Assembly (NCBI GenBank): GCA_945885345.1
Contig: CAMCYP010000005.1
Location: 7,021 to 71,020 of the forward strand
Direction of reading: 5' to 3'
Length of the DNA stretch: 64,000 bases
Source: Bordetella parapertussis
GTDB lineage: Bacteria; Pseudomonadota; Gammaproteobacteria; Burkholderiales; SG8-41
Shown here: one piece after another, positions 14,183 through 25,489 of the stretch
Numbering within the stretch: position 1 is the stretch's first letter
Layout: each line of letters begins with the position of its first letter
Translations under genes and position numbers: made by a program
The notes under the pieces: generated by a model
Databases searched by the model: none
The model's input: the letters and a program-made list of their open reading frames with translations, nothing else
Told to the model about the DNA's origin: nothing

Positions 14183-15211
14183 ATGGACATCACCGCCGCG
14201 AATCCAGCTGTTGCCGTGACGACCGATAACGCCGTACCCAGAAAAACCAGAATGCCCGGCCCCGGCACTGCCGCCAAAAGCGGTCGTTTCGGTGACGTGC
14301 TCTTTTTCAATCTGACGCGCGCTTTTGCAATATTCACGCTGGTCACGCTGGCCGGCATCATCATTTCCCTGTTTGTCAGTGCCTGGCCCTCGATCCAGAA
14401 GTTCGGCCTGCCGTTCCTCTGGACGTCGGAATGGAATCCGCCGATGGAGCGCTTTGGCGCGCTGATTCCGATATACGGCACGATGGTGACCTCGGCGATC
14501 GCGCTGATCATCGCCGTTCCGGTCAGCTTCGGCATCGCGCTGTTTCTGACGGAACTGTCGCCGCTGTGGCTGCGTCGCCCGCTGGGTACCGCCATCGAGT
14601 TGCTGGCGGCGATTCCCAGCATTGTTTACGGCATGTGGGGGCTGCTGGTGTTTGCTCCGTTGTTTGGCCAGTACGTGCAGCCGCTGCTGAAAGTCACATT
14701 GGGCAATATCCCGCTGATCGGTTTGCTGTTCAGCGGACCGCCGATCGGCATCGGCCTGCTCTGTGCCGGGATCATCCTGGCGATCATGATCATTCCGTTC
14801 ATCGCGGCGGTGATGCGCGACGTGTTTGAGGTGACGCCGACCCTGCTCAAGGAATCGGCGTTTGGCCTCGGTGCGACGACCTGGGAGGTGGTGTGGAATG
14901 TCGTGCTGCCCTACACCAAGGTTGGCGTGGTCGGCGGCATCATGCTCGGCCTCGGGCGTGCGCTGGGTGAGACGATGGCGGTGACTTTTGTCATCGGCAA
15001 CACCAATTTCCTCAACGACATTTCGCTGTTTTCACCCGGCAACAGCATTACCTCCGCGCTGGCCAATGAATTCCAGGAGGCCAGCTCCGGGCTGCATTCC
15101 GCAGCGCTGATCGAGCTCGGGCTGATCCTGTTCCTGATCACGTTCATCGTGCTTGCCGCATCGAAGCTGCTGCTGATGCGCTTGTCAGTGCACGAAGGTG
15201 CGAAGACCTGA
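14183..15211 (+). CDS. pstC: phosphate ABC transporter permease PstC
   Basis: Multi-TM permease, EAA-like loop [13 protein letters not shown]. The track ORF from 14048 overlaps pstS and the terminator, so ATG 14183 is preferred. Confidence 0.9.
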   Translation: MDITAANPAVAVTTDNAVPRKTRMPGPGTAAKSGRFGDVLFFNLTRAFAIFTLVTLAGIIISLFVSAWPSIQKFGLPFLWTSEWNPPMERFGALIPIYGTMVTSAIALIIAVPVSFGIALFLTELSPLWLRRPLGTAIELLAAIPSIVYGMWGLLVFAPLFGQYVQPLLKVTLGNIPLIGLLFSGPPIGIGLLCAGIILAIMIIPFIAAVMRDVFEVTPTLLKESAFGLGATTWEVVWNVVLPYTKVGVVGGIMLGLGRALGETMAVTFVIGNTNFLNDISLFSPGNSITSALANEFQEASSGLHSAALIELGLILFLITFIVLAASKLLLMRLSVHEGAKT

Positions 15212-15221
15212 GGCAGATGCG

Positions 15222-16061
15222 ATGAATCTCCGCGCAAAACGAAAACTCGTCAACAGTACGGCGCTGGCATTGTCGCTGCTGGCGATGGCCTTCGGCCTGT
15301 TCTGGCTGATGTGGATCCTGATCGAAGTGCTGCGGCTGGGCGTGGGCGGATTGTCTGCGGACCTGTTCACGAAAATGACGCCGCCGCCGGGCTCCGATGG
15401 CGGCTTGCTCAACGCCATCGTCGGTAGCCTGATCATGGTCGGTCTTGGCACACTGATCGGCACGCCGATCGGCATGATGGCCGGGGTTTATCTGGCCGAG
15501 TACGGCCAGCGCGGCTGGCTGGGTTCGGTGACGCGCTTCATCAATGACATCCTGCTGTCCGCGCCGTCGATCGTGATCGGACTCTTCGTCTACGCGGTCA
15601 TGGTGGTCAACATGGGCGGATTTTCCGGCATGGCGGGTGTGGTGGCGCTGGCGCTGCTGGTGATCCCGGTGGTCGTGCGCACAACGGAAAACATGCTGAT
15701 CCTGGTGCCCAACAGCCTGCGCGAAGCCGCTTTTGCGCTGGGTGCGCAGAAATGGAAGGTGATCTGCCTGATCACGGCCCGCGCCGCCCGTGCCGGCATC
15801 CTGACAGGGGTGCTGCTTGCGGTGGCGCGGATTGCCGGTGAAACTGCGCCGCTGCTGTTTACGGCGCTCTCCAACCAGTTCTGGACGGTGAATCTGACCG
15901 AGCCGATGGCCAATCTGCCGGTGACCATATTCAAGTTCGCAATGAGCCCATTCCAAGACTGGCAGCGCCTGGCCTGGGCAGGTGTGTTCCTGATCACCAT
16001 GGGCGTGCTGACCCTGAACATCCTGGCGCGTGTCCTGTTCAAAGAGGAAACAAAGCGGTGA
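15222..16061 (+). CDS. pstA: phosphate ABC transporter permease PstA
   Basis: Six TM segments, [14 protein letters not shown] loop. ATG 15222 is 8 nt after GAGG; a GTG at 15198 is an alternative. Confidence 0.9.
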   Translation: MNLRAKRKLVNSTALALSLLAMAFGLFWLMWILIEVLRLGVGGLSADLFTKMTPPPGSDGGLLNAIVGSLIMVGLGTLIGTPIGMMAGVYLAEYGQRGWLGSVTRFINDILLSAPSIVIGLFVYAVMVVNMGGFSGMAGVVALALLVIPVVVRTTENMLILVPNSLREAAFALGAQKWKVICLITARAARAGILTGVLLAVARIAGETAPLLFTALSNQFWTVNLTEPMANLPVTIFKFAMSPFQDWQRLAWAGVFLITMGVLTLNILARVLFKEETKR

Positions 16062-16882
16062 ATACATCCATGTCATTTGCAGCGGCGCGGGAGCATGCGC
16101 AGCCCGCGCAGGCGAATCCGGCACAGGAGGAGGTGCAGATCCTGGCGCGGAATTTCAATTTTTATTACGGCAAGTTCCACGCACTTAAAAACATCAACCT
16201 GGAGATTTACAAAAACCGGGTGACGGCATTCATCGGTCCTTCCGGCTGCGGCAAGTCGACGCTGTTGCGCACATTCAACCGCATGTACGAGCTGTACCCG
16301 GAGCAGCGCGCCGAAGGGCAGCTGATGATGGACGGCAAGAATATACTCGACAGCGACGTGGACATGATCGACTTGCGTGCGCGCGTCGGCATGGTGTTCC
16401 AGAAGCCCACGCCGTTTCCGATGTCGATTTACGAAAATATCGCCTTCGGCGTGTCCATGCATGAGCGGCTGCCGCGCGGGCTGATGCAGGAGCGCGTCGA
16501 ATGGGCGCTGCGCAAGGGTGCGTTGTGGGAAGAGGTCAAGGACAAACTGAACCAGAGCGGCATGAGTCTGTCTGGCGGCCAGCAGCAGCGGCTGTGCATT
16601 GCGCGCTGCATTGCGGTCAAGCCCGAGGTGATACTGCTTGATGAGCCGACATCGGCGCTGGATCCGATCTCGACCGCGCGCATCGAGGAACTGATCACCG
16701 AGCTGAAGAAGGATTTCACGATCGTCATCGTGACCCACAACATGCAGCAGGCGGCGCGTGTGTCCGACTATACCGCCTACATGTATCTGGGCGATCTGGT
16801 CGAAGTCGGTCCCACCGACAGCATTTTCATCAAGCCCAAAAACAAGGCGACGGAAGACTACATCACCGGCCGTTTCGGCTGA
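16058..16882 (+). CDS. pstB: phosphate ABC transporter ATP-binding protein
   Basis: Walker [10 protein letters not shown], signature LSGGQQQR, Walker [12 protein letters not shown]. Confidence 0.95.
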   Translation: MNTSMSFAAAREHAQPAQANPAQEEVQILARNFNFYYGKFHALKNINLEIYKNRVTAFIGPSGCGKSTLLRTFNRMYELYPEQRAEGQLMMDGKNILDSDVDMIDLRARVGMVFQKPTPFPMSIYENIAFGVSMHERLPRGLMQERVEWALRKGALWEEVKDKLNQSGMSLSGGQQQRLCIARCIAVKPEVILLDEPTSALDPISTARIEELITELKKDFTIVIVTHNMQQAARVSDYTAYMYLGDLVEVGPTDSIFIKPKNKATEDYITGRFG

Positions 16883-17025
16883 TTCAGATTGCGGCGGCAG
16901 CGCCCACCGCAATCTGCCGTTGCCCCGCATTGAATTCATCCGGCGCTCGCCGGTCGAACGGGTATCGCTGTACCACGGGCTTCGGGTACAATACTGCGAT
17001 TATTCGACGCGGTTGACATTTTCTG

Positions 17026-17955
17026 ATGAAAATCAATGATTTAACAGGGGTTCGCGGCAGCATGGTGGCTATTGTCACGCCGATGGCGGATGACGGGGCG
17101 CTGGATATCGAAGCATTCCGCAAGCTGCTGGACTGGCATGTCGCCGAAGGCACTGACGGCATCGTCGTTGTCGGCACCACCGGCGAATCACCGACCGTTG
17201 ATTTCGACGAGCACCGCCTGCTGATCGAGACCGCGGTAAAACATGTTGCAGGACGCGTGCCGGTCATCGCCGGCACCGGCGCCAACTCGACGCGCGAAGC
17301 GATTGAACTTTCCGGATATGCCAAGGCGGCCGGCGCAGACATGAGCCTGACCGTGGTGCCGTATTACAACAAGCCGACGCAGGAAGGGCTGTACCGCCAT
17401 TTCCGTGCGATTGCCGAAGCGGTGGATATTCCGCAGATCCTCTACAACGTGCCTGGCCGCACCGTTGCCGATCTCGGCACCGATACGACGCTGCGACTGG
17501 CCGAGGTGCCGGGCATTGTCGGCATCAAGGATGCGACGGGCAACCTGGAGCGCGGCACCGAACTGCTGCGCCGCAAACCCAAATCATTCCGCGTCTACAG
17601 CGGCGACGATGCCACCGGTATTGCGCTGATGCTGCTCGGCGGTGACGGCGTGATTTCGGTGACGGCCAATGTCGCGCCGCGCCTGATGCACGAGATGTGC
17701 GCAGCCGCCCTCGGCGGCAATGCCACCCAGGCGGTGGCGCTGAATAACCGGCTGCTCGGTTTGCATCGTCATTTGTTTTGCGAGGCAAATCCGATACCGG
17801 TGAAATGGGCGGTGGAGCAACTGGGTCTGATGCAGGGTGGTATCCGCTTGCCGCTGACGCCGCTAGCGCCGCAATATCACGAACAGGTGCGCGAGGCCAT
17901 GCAGCAGGCTGGCGCTGTAAAAATTGCTGGAGGGAAGCGTCATGCAGTGGCTTAA
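17026..17955 (+). CDS. dapA: 4-hydroxy-tetrahydrodipicolinate synthase
   Basis: 309 aa. [19 protein letters not shown], Schiff-base Lys context [10 protein letters not shown]. Confidence 0.93.
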   Translation: MKINDLTGVRGSMVAIVTPMADDGALDIEAFRKLLDWHVAEGTDGIVVVGTTGESPTVDFDEHRLLIETAVKHVAGRVPVIAGTGANSTREAIELSGYAKAAGADMSLTVVPYYNKPTQEGLYRHFRAIAEAVDIPQILYNVPGRTVADLGTDTTLRLAEVPGIVGIKDATGNLERGTELLRRKPKSFRVYSGDDATGIALMLLGGDGVISVTANVAPRLMHEMCAAALGGNATQAVALNNRLLGLHRHLFCEANPIPVKWAVEQLGLMQGGIRLPLTPLAPQYHEQVREAMQQAGAVKIAGGKRHAVA

Positions 17956-19081
17956 GCCGGCGGGTGTGGTTTTGGCAGTCGTCGCCGGATTGGCGCTGGG
18001 TGCCTGCAGTTCGGTGGAAATTCCTACCAAGAAAATCGATTACAAATCGACGACCAAGCTGCCCACCCTGGAAATCCCTCCGGATCTGGCGCGCCCCGGC
18101 AGCGATGAACGGTTTACGGTTCCGGATGCTGTTGCCAGCAAGGGTACGGCGACGTATTCCGATTACAACAAGGACCGCGCAGCTCGCCAGCCAAACTCTG
18201 CCCAGGCCGTGCTGCCGAACGTTGAAAACGTGCGCATCGAGCGTGCCGGCACGCAACGCTGGCTGGTGGTGCCGGGTACGCCCGAGAAAATATGGCCTAC
18301 GGTCAAGGAGTTCTGGCAGCAAACCGGGTTTGTGGTCAATGTCGAGCAGCCTGAAGCCGGGATCATGGAAACCGACTGGAACGAGAACCGCGCAAAAATT
18401 CCGGAATCCGGAATCCGCGGTTTGATCGGCCGTGCAATCGACAGTCTGTATTCAACTTCGGAGCGCGACAAATACCGCACCCGCATCGAAAACGGAGCAC
18501 AACCCGGCACGACTGAAATCTATGTCAGCCATCGCGGTATGGAAGAGGTGTATATCACCGAGGGCAAAGACCAGTTGCGCTGGCAGCCGCGCCCGCCGGA
18601 TCCTGACCTTGAAGCTGAGATGCTGCGCCGGATGATGGTGCGCTTTGGTGTTGATGGCGAACGCGCCAAAAGCCAGGTCGCTGCGGCCAAACTCGAGCCG
18701 CAGGCCAAACTCAACAAGGGCGGCGCCGAAGGCAGCATGCTTGCGCTGAACGACCAGTTTGACCGTGCCTGGCGGCGAGTCGGCCTGGCGCTGGATCGCG
18801 TCGGCTTCACGGTGGAAGACCGGGATCGCTCGAAGGGCCTTTACTTCGTGCGTTACATCGATCCCGATGCCGATTTGAAAACCACCGAGGAAAAAGGCTG
18901 GCTGTCCAAGCTGAAGTTCTGGAGCAGTTCAAAACCCCAGCCGGGCAAGGAGCAGTATCGCATTCTGGTGCAGGGCGATGGTTCCAGTGCTGAAGTCCGC
19001 GTGCTTGACAAGGATGGCGCGCGCGAACAGTCGGACACTGCCAATCGCATACTGTCGCTGCTCTATGAACAGCTGAAGTGA
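17942..19081 (+). CDS. bamC: outer membrane protein assembly factor BamC (NlpB)
   Basis: Lipobox LALGAC after [29 protein letters not shown]...[11 protein letters not shown] is typical of BamC. Sits immediately downstream of dapA as in E. coli. Confidence 0.8.
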   Translation: MQWLKPAGVVLAVVAGLALGACSSVEIPTKKIDYKSTTKLPTLEIPPDLARPGSDERFTVPDAVASKGTATYSDYNKDRAARQPNSAQAVLPNVENVRIERAGTQRWLVVPGTPEKIWPTVKEFWQQTGFVVNVEQPEAGIMETDWNENRAKIPESGIRGLIGRAIDSLYSTSERDKYRTRIENGAQPGTTEIYVSHRGMEEVYITEGKDQLRWQPRPPDPDLEAEMLRRMMVRFGVDGERAKSQVAAAKLEPQAKLNKGGAEGSMLALNDQFDRAWRRVGLALDRVGFTVEDRDRSKGLYFVRYIDPDADLKTTEEKGWLSKLKFWSSSKPQPGKEQYRILVQGDGSSAEVRVLDKDGAREQSDTANRILSLLYEQLK

Positions 19082-19162
19082 GCGGCGCCGGCTGAAGCGT
19101 AAATCCACCCCGGCGCCACCCTTTTTCTTGCCGTTTTTTTGCCTGCGATACGTTTCGCCTCA

Positions 19163-19930
19163 ATGCGTTTTGCCTCATTAGGCAGCGGCAGCGAGGGCAA
19201 TGCGCTGGTTGTGGAGGCCGGCGCTTCGCGCGTGCTGCTCGATTGCGGTTTCAGTGCCGCCGAAACGGTGCGCCGGCTGGCCCGGCTCGGGCTGGAACCG
19301 GATGCGCTGGACGCCATACTGGTGACCCATGAGCATGATGACCATGTCGGTGGCGTGGCACGGTTTGCCCGCAAATTCAATATCCCGGTTTACCTGTCGT
19401 ATGGGACTCACGCGGCGACAGCTGCCGCTGGCAGCGTATTCCCTGAAGTGGTAATCATCGACAGCCATACCCCATTTGCGGTCGGGGACATCGAGATTTT
19501 TCCCTATCCGGTGCCGCATGATGCGCGCGAACCGACGCAGTTTGTATTTGGCAACGGCGCATCGCGGCTCGGGGTGCTGACCGATGCCGGGGCGTCCACG
19601 CCGCATATCGAAATCATGCTGTCCGGCCTCGATGCGCTGGTCATCGAATGCAACCACGACCGCGATCTGCTGCTGGGCAGCAGCTATCCGGAATATCTCA
19701 AGAATCGCATTGCCGGCCGCTACGGACACCTTGACAATAATCAGGCTGCGCAAATCGTCGCTGCGATCGACCGCCAGTCACTGCAGCACGTGGTGGCGGC
19801 GCATCTGTCGCAGAAAAACAATCGTCCCGATCTGGCCTGCGCAGCGCTGGCGGGTGCGCTCAACTGTGCGCCGGACTGGATCGGTGTGGCGTCGCAGGCG
19901 GATGGGTCCGACTGGCGCATGTTGTCCTGA
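19163..19930 (+). CDS. MBL-fold metallo-hydrolase
   Basis: MRFASLGSGSEGNA start and HxHxDH motif THEHDDHVGG. Substrate unknown. Confidence 0.8.
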   Translation: MRFASLGSGSEGNALVVEAGASRVLLDCGFSAAETVRRLARLGLEPDALDAILVTHEHDDHVGGVARFARKFNIPVYLSYGTHAATAAAGSVFPEVVIIDSHTPFAVGDIEIFPYPVPHDAREPTQFVFGNGASRLGVLTDAGASTPHIEIMLSGLDALVIECNHDRDLLLGSSYPEYLKNRIAGRYGHLDNNQAAQIVAAIDRQSLQHVVAAHLSQKNNRPDLACAALAGALNCAPDWIGVASQADGSDWRMLS

Positions 19931-19943
19931 CTTGAAGCGATAA

Positions 19944-19976
19944 TAAAAAAGCCGGCCCGCAGGCCGGCTTTTTTAT
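19944..19976. terminator. bidirectional Rho-independent terminator
   Basis: AAAAAA-GCCGGCC-cgca-GGCCGGC-TTTTTT between convergent genes. Confidence 0.85.
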
Positions 19977-19989
19977 TCAGCAGTAAAAC

Positions 19990-20271
19990 TTACTTCTTGA
20001 CTGCGTCCTTGGCAGCATCAGCAGCGCCTTTGGCGGCGTCAGCAGCGCCTTTGGCAGCATCAGCAGCACCTTTGGCGGCATCAGCGGCGCCTTGGGCGGC
20101 GTCGGCAGCCGGGGCAGCAGCGTCAGCTTTCGGGGCTTCAGGGGCGGGTGCCGGAGCCGGAGCCGGGGCCGGAGCGGGGGCCGGAGCAGGTGCGGGTGCC
20201 GGGGCGGGTTTTTCGCCGCAGGCGGTCAGGCCGAGGGCCAGCAGGGCAACAACGAGGAGGGAGCGATTCAT
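19990..20271 (-). CDS. small low-complexity lipoprotein with a (PA)n tract and GAADAAK heptad repeats
   Basis: MNRSLLVVALLALGLTACGE lipobox, then a PA dipeptide run and four GAADAAK repeats. The track ORF extends to 20496, but that part lacks coding character and overlaps the next gene. Confidence 0.7.
   Translation of the reverse strand: MNRSLLVVALLALGLTACGEKPAPAPAPAPAPAPAPAPAPAPAPEAPKADAAAPAADAAQGAADAAKGAADAAKGAADAAKGAADAAKDAVKK
20011..20110. repeat. tandem 21-bp repeat, about 4.5 units, inside the lipoprotein gene
   Basis: Units GGCRGCRTCAGCRGCRCCTTK at 20011, 20032, 20053 and 20074, plus a partial unit. Confidence 0.9.
20141..20208. repeat. hexanucleotide (GGNGCN) tandem tract encoding the (PA)n run
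   Basis: GGTGCCGGAGCCGGAGCCGGGGCCGGAGCGGGGGCCGGAGCAGGTGCGGGTGCCGGGGCGGG. Confidence 0.9.
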
Positions 20272-20428
20272 GATTATGACTATCCTTCGAAGGTAAAGTG
20301 GTTCATTCCAAATTTGGTTGGCACCGTTCACGCTGCGGAATTCGCGAAGACCTCCCGCAGCAGCCATCATGCCGGCGCGCATTCTATCAGTGTTTGGCAG
20401 GTAAAAGAGAGGCTGCAGCGACCGATAG

Positions 20429-20941
20429 TCACAGCCCGGTGACGTTTGCCGCCAGCGGCGGGCCGGAGCAGTCCTGGATTTCGCTGAAACGTTCAATCAG
20501 TTGCTGGGCGCCGGCGGCGTCATGCGTGCCGTGGGCTGCCCGCATGTGGTCGTAGTGGAAGCGGTGCACATAGTGGCTGCCGTCAAAAATGACAAATGGA
20601 TCAGCGGCTTGTTTGGCGGCACGCAGGGTCTCGCGGATGGTGCAGGCGTGGGTGAAGTGTTGCGCCAGATTGACCAGGCGCGGGCATTCCGTGATGAGCG
20701 GCCGGGTATCGTGGAGCAGGATCAACAAACGGTTGGCGCGATTGGCCAGCAGGAACTGTCTCAATAGTTCGACGCGTGCCGTGTTGTTCCAGGCGCGGCC
20801 TGTTGTCCTGTCAAAAGCCTTGTCGAAAACGCGAATGATGGTCTGGGTCATCGGGATCATCCGGTCGATGATCTCTTCGTATTCACGGTTGCTTTCGAAG
20901 CGCCGATATTCGGCATTGGGCGGATTGCCGGTCAGTTCCAT
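20429..20941 (-). CDS. hypothetical protein, no family recognised
   Basis: 170-aa ORF with balanced, non-Arg-rich composition. Lies 21 nt downstream of roxA on the same strand. Confidence 0.5.
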   Translation of the reverse strand: MELTGNPPNAEYRRFESNREYEEIIDRMIPMTQTIIRVFDKAFDRTTGRAWNNTARVELLRQFLLANRANRLLILLHDTRPLITECPRLVNLAQHFTHACTIRETLRAAKQAADPFVIFDGSHYVHRFHYDHMRAAHGTHDAAGAQQLIERFSEIQDCSGPPLAANVTGL

Positions 20942-20962
20942 GCGTATGGGTCCAAATTCCGT

Positions 20963-22078
20963 TCAGAGCGTCACGTAACCCGCGCGGTACCAGGCATACA
21001 GTACGTCCATGCCCGCTACCGGCACAGCAACCGGCGGCAGCATGCGGCGGTCGGCGAACTGGCGCAGACGCGGCCGCGCGCGCGCGGGTACGACGCAACG
21101 TTCACCGTTGATGTAAAACGCGGCGTAGTCGTAAAGCAGTATCGATTGCGGCGCCATGCGCAATCCCTGTTTCCTGACGGCTTTGCCAAATGCGGCCAGG
21201 GTCAGTGCCCGCTGTGGTTGTGCGTAGACCACATGGTTCTTGGGTGTGCTCAGATCCTCGCCGAGGAAACGCAGCAGGTCGTCGCGGCTCCAGCGCGCAC
21301 CGTCGAGCAGGCACAGCAGGCCCTGCGTCAGCTGGCTGTTGATCTGTGCGGGATGGCGGGTGGGTCTGAGTTGCGGGTCGGTGTAGAGCTGCGGCGCGTC
21401 CAGCCGGTCCTGCAGAAATTCGAGAAAGCGGCCGCACAGATCCTGCGCCGACGGTGCGCGAAAACCGATCGAGTAGGTAATGCATTCGTCGAGCGCAACA
21501 CCATCATGCGCGCAGCGCGGCGGCAGGTAGAGCATGTCGCCCGCCGCCAGCGTCCATTCGCGGGCGGCGCGGAAGCGGCTGAGTATTTTCAGCGGCGCAT
21601 CGGCGACCAGCGCCAGGCCGCGCTGGCTGCTGATCTGCCAGCGGCGCCGGCCTTCACCCTGCAACAGAAAGACATCGTAGCTGTCGAAATGCGGGCCGAC
21701 GCCGCCACCGGGCGGCGCGTAGCTGACCATCAGGTCGTCGAGGCGGGCATAGGGGATGAAGGCAAACTGCGCCAGCAGTGCCTGTGCCTCCGGCAACACA
21801 TGGTTCACGCCCTGCACCAGCAACGTCCAGTTGCGCGTGGGCAGTTTGGCGAAATCACGTTGCGTAAACGGGCCGTGGGTCACCTGCCAGCGTCCTCCTT
21901 TGCGCACGATCAGCCGCGATTCGGTATCCGCGGACCCGGCCATGTCCTGCAGGTCGCGGCGCGTCACCAGCGGCGCGAACTGCGGCAGGCTGCTGCGGGC
22001 CAGCAGCGGCTTTTTCTGCCAGTGCCGGTGCAGGAATTGTGCCGGGGTCAGGCCATTGAACAGTGGATTACGCATCAT
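20963..22078 (-). CDS. roxA: JmjC/cupin ribosomal protein oxygenase (YcfD/RoxA-like)
   Basis: 371 aa. FLHRHWQKKP, WQVTHGPF, NWTLLVQGVNH, PGGGVGPHFDSYDVFLLQGEGRRRW closely parallel E. coli YcfD. Confidence 0.85.
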   Translation of the reverse strand: MMRNPLFNGLTPAQFLHRHWQKKPLLARSSLPQFAPLVTRRDLQDMAGSADTESRLIVRKGGRWQVTHGPFTQRDFAKLPTRNWTLLVQGVNHVLPEAQALLAQFAFIPYARLDDLMVSYAPPGGGVGPHFDSYDVFLLQGEGRRRWQISSQRGLALVADAPLKILSRFRAAREWTLAAGDMLYLPPRCAHDGVALDECITYSIGFRAPSAQDLCGRFLEFLQDRLDAPQLYTDPQLRPTRHPAQINSQLTQGLLCLLDGARWSRDDLLRFLGEDLSTPKNHVVYAQPQRALTLAAFGKAVRKQGLRMAPQSILLYDYAAFYINGERCVVPARARPRLRQFADRRMLPPVAVPVAGMDVLYAWYRAGYVTL

Positions 22079-22207
22079 GGCTGATTATAAATTGACCGTC
22101 GCCTGCCGCGCTTGACCGGAAGACGCTTTGTTTACAAAATCCGGCATCGGGCGCCGTGCGGCGCGGGCCCGCCGGAATCCGGTGCCGAAACTGACCAAGG
22201 AACGTAG

Positions 22208-22687
22208 ATGCAAATTGCAAAAAACACGGTTGTGACCCTGACTTTTGAACTGCTGGACGCGCAGGGCGGCATGATTGAGAAAGCGGAAACGCCGATTGCC
22301 TATATTCATGGCGGGTTCCACGGTATTTTCCCGTTGGTCGAGCAGGCGCTCGACGGCAAAAAAGTCGGTGACAGTTGCGAAGTTCGCCTTACGCCGAATG
22401 ATGCCTTCGGCGAATACGATGCCAAGCTGGTGCAGGTTGAAGAGCGCGACAAATTTCCGCCCGATGTCGCCGTCGGCATGCAGTTTGAAGGCCGTGGTGA
22501 AGAGTCCGGCCATACTGTTGTGTACACGGTGACCGATGTTGCGGCGGACAAGGTCGTGGTTGACGGCAATCATCCGCTGGCCGGGCAGACGCTGAACTTC
22601 CATTGCACGGTGACGGAAGTGCGCGTGGCGACCGGTGAAGAATTGGAGCACGGGCATGTGCACGGCGCACACGGCCACCATCATTAA
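22208..22687 (+). CDS. slyD: FKBP-type peptidyl-prolyl isomerase SlyD
   Basis: 159 aa. FKBP plus IF-insert architecture and a His-rich tail HGHVHGAHGHHH. Confidence 0.9.
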   Translation: MQIAKNTVVTLTFELLDAQGGMIEKAETPIAYIHGGFHGIFPLVEQALDGKKVGDSCEVRLTPNDAFGEYDAKLVQVEERDKFPPDVAVGMQFEGRGEESGHTVVYTVTDVAADKVVVDGNHPLAGQTLNFHCTVTEVRVATGEELEHGHVHGAHGHHH

Positions 22688-22762
22688 GTGCGGTGGGGAG
22701 TGAGGAGTGTGGGCTGAGGTGCGCTACGGCGGATATATAAAAATATCAATAAAAACAAATAC

Positions 22763-25345
22763 TTATGATTTATTGCCGGGCTGCGTCAATTCACGCAGCC
22801 GGTAGAGCAGTTCCAGCGCATCGCGCGGCGTCAGCGCATCGGGGTCGCAGTCGCGTAGCGCATCGACGGCAGGATGCGGCTCTGGTGTCGCGGGTTCATT
22901 TGTCGGAGCGGAACCCGAGAACAAATCACCCTGCGGTACCTGCGCCGCCGCCGCAGCTTCCAGATCGGCCAGGCGTTTTTTTGCGCTGCGGATTACCGCG
23001 CCGGGTACGCCGGCGAGTTGTGCCACCTGCAAGCCGTAACTGCGGCTCGCCGGGCCTTCCTCGACGCTGTGCAGAAACACGATGCGGTCTTTATGTTCGA
23101 CCGCATCGAGATGCACGTTGGCCACCTGTTTGAATTCGACTGCGAGTTGCGTCAATTCAAAATAATGCGTGGCGAACAGCGTGTAACAGGCATTGCGTTC
23201 GATCAGGTGGTGCGCAATGGCCCAGGCCAGCGCGAGGCCGTCGTAAGTCGAAGTGCCGCGGCCGATTTCATCCATCAGCACCAGGCTCTGCGGCGTGGCG
23301 TGGTGCAGGATATAGGCGGCCTCGGTCATCTCGACCATGAAGGTCGAGCGGCCGCCGGCAAGATCATCCGCAGCGCCGATACGCGTGAAAATACGGTCCA
23401 GCGGGCCCAGCCGTGCACGTGTTGCCGGCACGAAGGATCCGCAATGTGCGAGCAGCGCAATCAGCGCGGTCTGCCGCATGTAGGTGGATTTACCGCCCAT
23501 GTTCGGGCCGGTGATCAGCAGCATGCGGCGCGTTGCTGACAGGCGCGCGTCGTTGGCAATGAAGGGGCTGGCCTGCGCTTCGACCACCGGATGGCGGCCG
23601 GCGGTGATGTCGATCACCGCTTCGTCGGTGAATTCCGGCGCCGACCAGTTGAGTGCAGTTGCGCGTTCGGCGAAGGTCGCCAGCATGTCGAGTTCGGCGA
23701 GTGCTGACGCAACGCGCTGCAGCTCCGGCACATGGGGGGCAAGTTTCGCCAGCAGCTGGTCGTAGAGCAGTTTTTCGCGTGCCAGCGCGCGATCCTGCGC
23801 CGACAGCGCCTTGTCCTCGAAGGTCTTCAGTTCCGGTGTGATGTAACGCTCGGCATTTTTCAGCGTCTGCCGGCGGCGATAATCATCCGGTACTTTTTCC
23901 GACTGCGCGCGCGTGACTTCGATATAGAAACCATGCACGCGGTTGAATTCCACTTTCAGCGTGGTAATGCCGGTACGTGTGCGTTCACGCACTTCGAGCT
24001 CAGCGAGGAAGGCGCCGCAGTTGTCCTGGATGCCGCGCAGTTCGTCGAGCTCGGCGTCGTAACCGTCAGCGATCACGCCACCTTCGCGGATCACCGATGA
24101 CGGTTCCGTTTTGACCGCTGCGGCCAGCAGGGCCGCCAGTTCATGCTGTGGGGCGAGGTCGGTGGCCAGCGCACGCAGGCGTGTAGTGCCGGTATCGCTG
24201 AGGGTTTGCACCAGTTCCGGCAGTCTCTGCAGTGAACTGCGCAGGCCGGACAGATCGCGTGGTCGTGCGGTGGCCAGTGCGACGCGGGCCGCGATGCGTT
24301 CGACATCGGAAAAATGCTTTAACGCACCGAGCAGGGGGACATAACGCTCGTTGCTTATCAGTTCGGCGACGGCCTGATGCAGCGACTGCACCAGCGCACG
24401 GTCGGTCAGCGGGTGGTGCAGCGCGTGGCGCAGCCGGCGGCTGCCCATGCCGGTGGCGCAGGTGTCGAGCAGCGACAGCAGTGTCGGCGCGGGTTCGCCG
24501 CGGATGGTTTCGGTGATTTCGAGATTGCGTCTTGTCGCCGGATCCATACGCAGATAGGCGCGTTCGGTTTCCACGGTCAGCGCGCGGACGTGGGCGATGG
24601 CCGATCCCTGCGTGGATTTGGCATAGTCGAGCAGCGCACCGGCAGCAGCGATGGCGACATCCATCGTCTGCGCGCCGAAGCCACTTAAATCATGGGTATC
24701 AAACTGCGCGCACAAGGTGCGGCGTGCGGTGTCGGTGTCAAAGCGCCACGGCGGCAGGTGGCGGACCGCGGTGCCGTCATCGACCGTATCCAGGGTTGCA
24801 CCTTCAGCCATCAGGATTTCCGCGGGACGCAGGCGTTCGATCTCGGCGGCAAAGTTCGTCGGCGCGGTTTCCATGACGCAGAAGCGCCCTGAGGCCAGCG
24901 ACAGCCAGGCCAGCCCCAGCAGATTGCCGCTGCGGTGCGCGGCGAGCAGCAGGTTTTCGCTTTTTTCGTCGAGCAGCGCTGATTCGGTCAGCGTGCCCGG
25001 CGTGACGATGCGCATCACCTTGCGTTCGACAGGGCCCTTGGAGGTGGCCGGGTCACCGATCTGTTCGCAGATGGCGACGGATTCGCCGAGCTTCACCAGC
25101 TTGGCCAGATACTGGTCCAGTGCATGGAAGGGCACACCGGCCATCTTGATCGGCGTGCCGGCTGATTCGCCGCGCGAGGTCAGCGTGATGTCCATCAGCC
25201 GCGCCGCGCGTTCGGCATCGTCGAAAAACAGCTCGTAGAAATCGCCCATGCGGTAGAACACCAGCTGATCCGGGTGCTCCGATTTGATGCGCAGGTACTG
25301 CTGCATCATTGGAGTATGTGCAGCGAAGGGCGTTTCCGGTTTCAT
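22763..25345 (-). CDS. mutS: DNA mismatch repair protein MutS
   Basis: [13 protein letters not shown]-terminus, Walker [10 protein letters not shown]. Start set at MKPETPF (25345); the track ORF extends to 25426. Confidence 0.95.
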   Translation of the reverse strand: MKPETPFAAHTPMMQQYLRIKSEHPDQLVFYRMGDFYELFFDDAERAARLMDITLTSRGESAGTPIKMAGVPFHALDQYLAKLVKLGESVAICEQIGDPATSKGPVERKVMRIVTPGTLTESALLDEKSENLLLAAHRSGNLLGLAWLSLASGRFCVMETAPTNFAAEIERLRPAEILMAEGATLDTVDDGTAVRHLPPWRFDTDTARRTLCAQFDTHDLSGFGAQTMDVAIAAAGALLDYAKSTQGSAIAHVRALTVETERAYLRMDPATRRNLEITETIRGEPAPTLLSLLDTCATGMGSRRLRHALHHPLTDRALVQSLHQAVAELISNERYVPLLGALKHFSDVERIAARVALATARPRDLSGLRSSLQRLPELVQTLSDTGTTRLRALATDLAPQHELAALLAAAVKTEPSSVIREGGVIADGYDAELDELRGIQDNCGAFLAELEVRERTRTGITTLKVEFNRVHGFYIEVTRAQSEKVPDDYRRRQTLKNAERYITPELKTFEDKALSAQDRALAREKLLYDQLLAKLAPHVPELQRVASALAELDMLATFAERATALNWSAPEFTDEAVIDITAGRHPVVEAQASPFIANDARLSATRRMLLITGPNMGGKSTYMRQTALIALLAHCGSFVPATRARLGPLDRIFTRIGAADDLAGGRSTFMVEMTEAAYILHHATPQSLVLMDEIGRGTSTYDGLALAWAIAHHLIERNACYTLFATHYFELTQLAVEFKQVANVHLDAVEHKDRIVFLHSVEEGPASRSYGLQVAQLAGVPGAVIRSAKKRLADLEAAAAAQVPQGDLFSGSAPTNEPATPEPHPAVDALRDCDPDALTPRDALELLYRLRELTQPGNKS

Positions 25346-25489
25346 GGGCCTTATTTTACGAGATGCACGGCTTGCTGCAATTGGTAAAGTCAACTTTGCC
25401 TGCCGAGCAGATGGGTTATGCTGCATGCTAATAATGCTATCCCCTGGGAATTAATTCGTTCGGGCATGAGTGGCCATGTTGACACTGAT

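Noticed and set aside
20272-20496. Upstream 75 codons of track ORF 19990..20496.
   Set aside because: They overlap the 3' end of the neighbouring 170-aa gene and lack coding character. A signal peptide and lipobox begin at Met-76.
21146-22084. 312-aa plus-strand ORF opposite roxA.
   Set aside because: The RoxA/YcfD similarity on the minus strand is strong, and the plus-strand product has no motifs.
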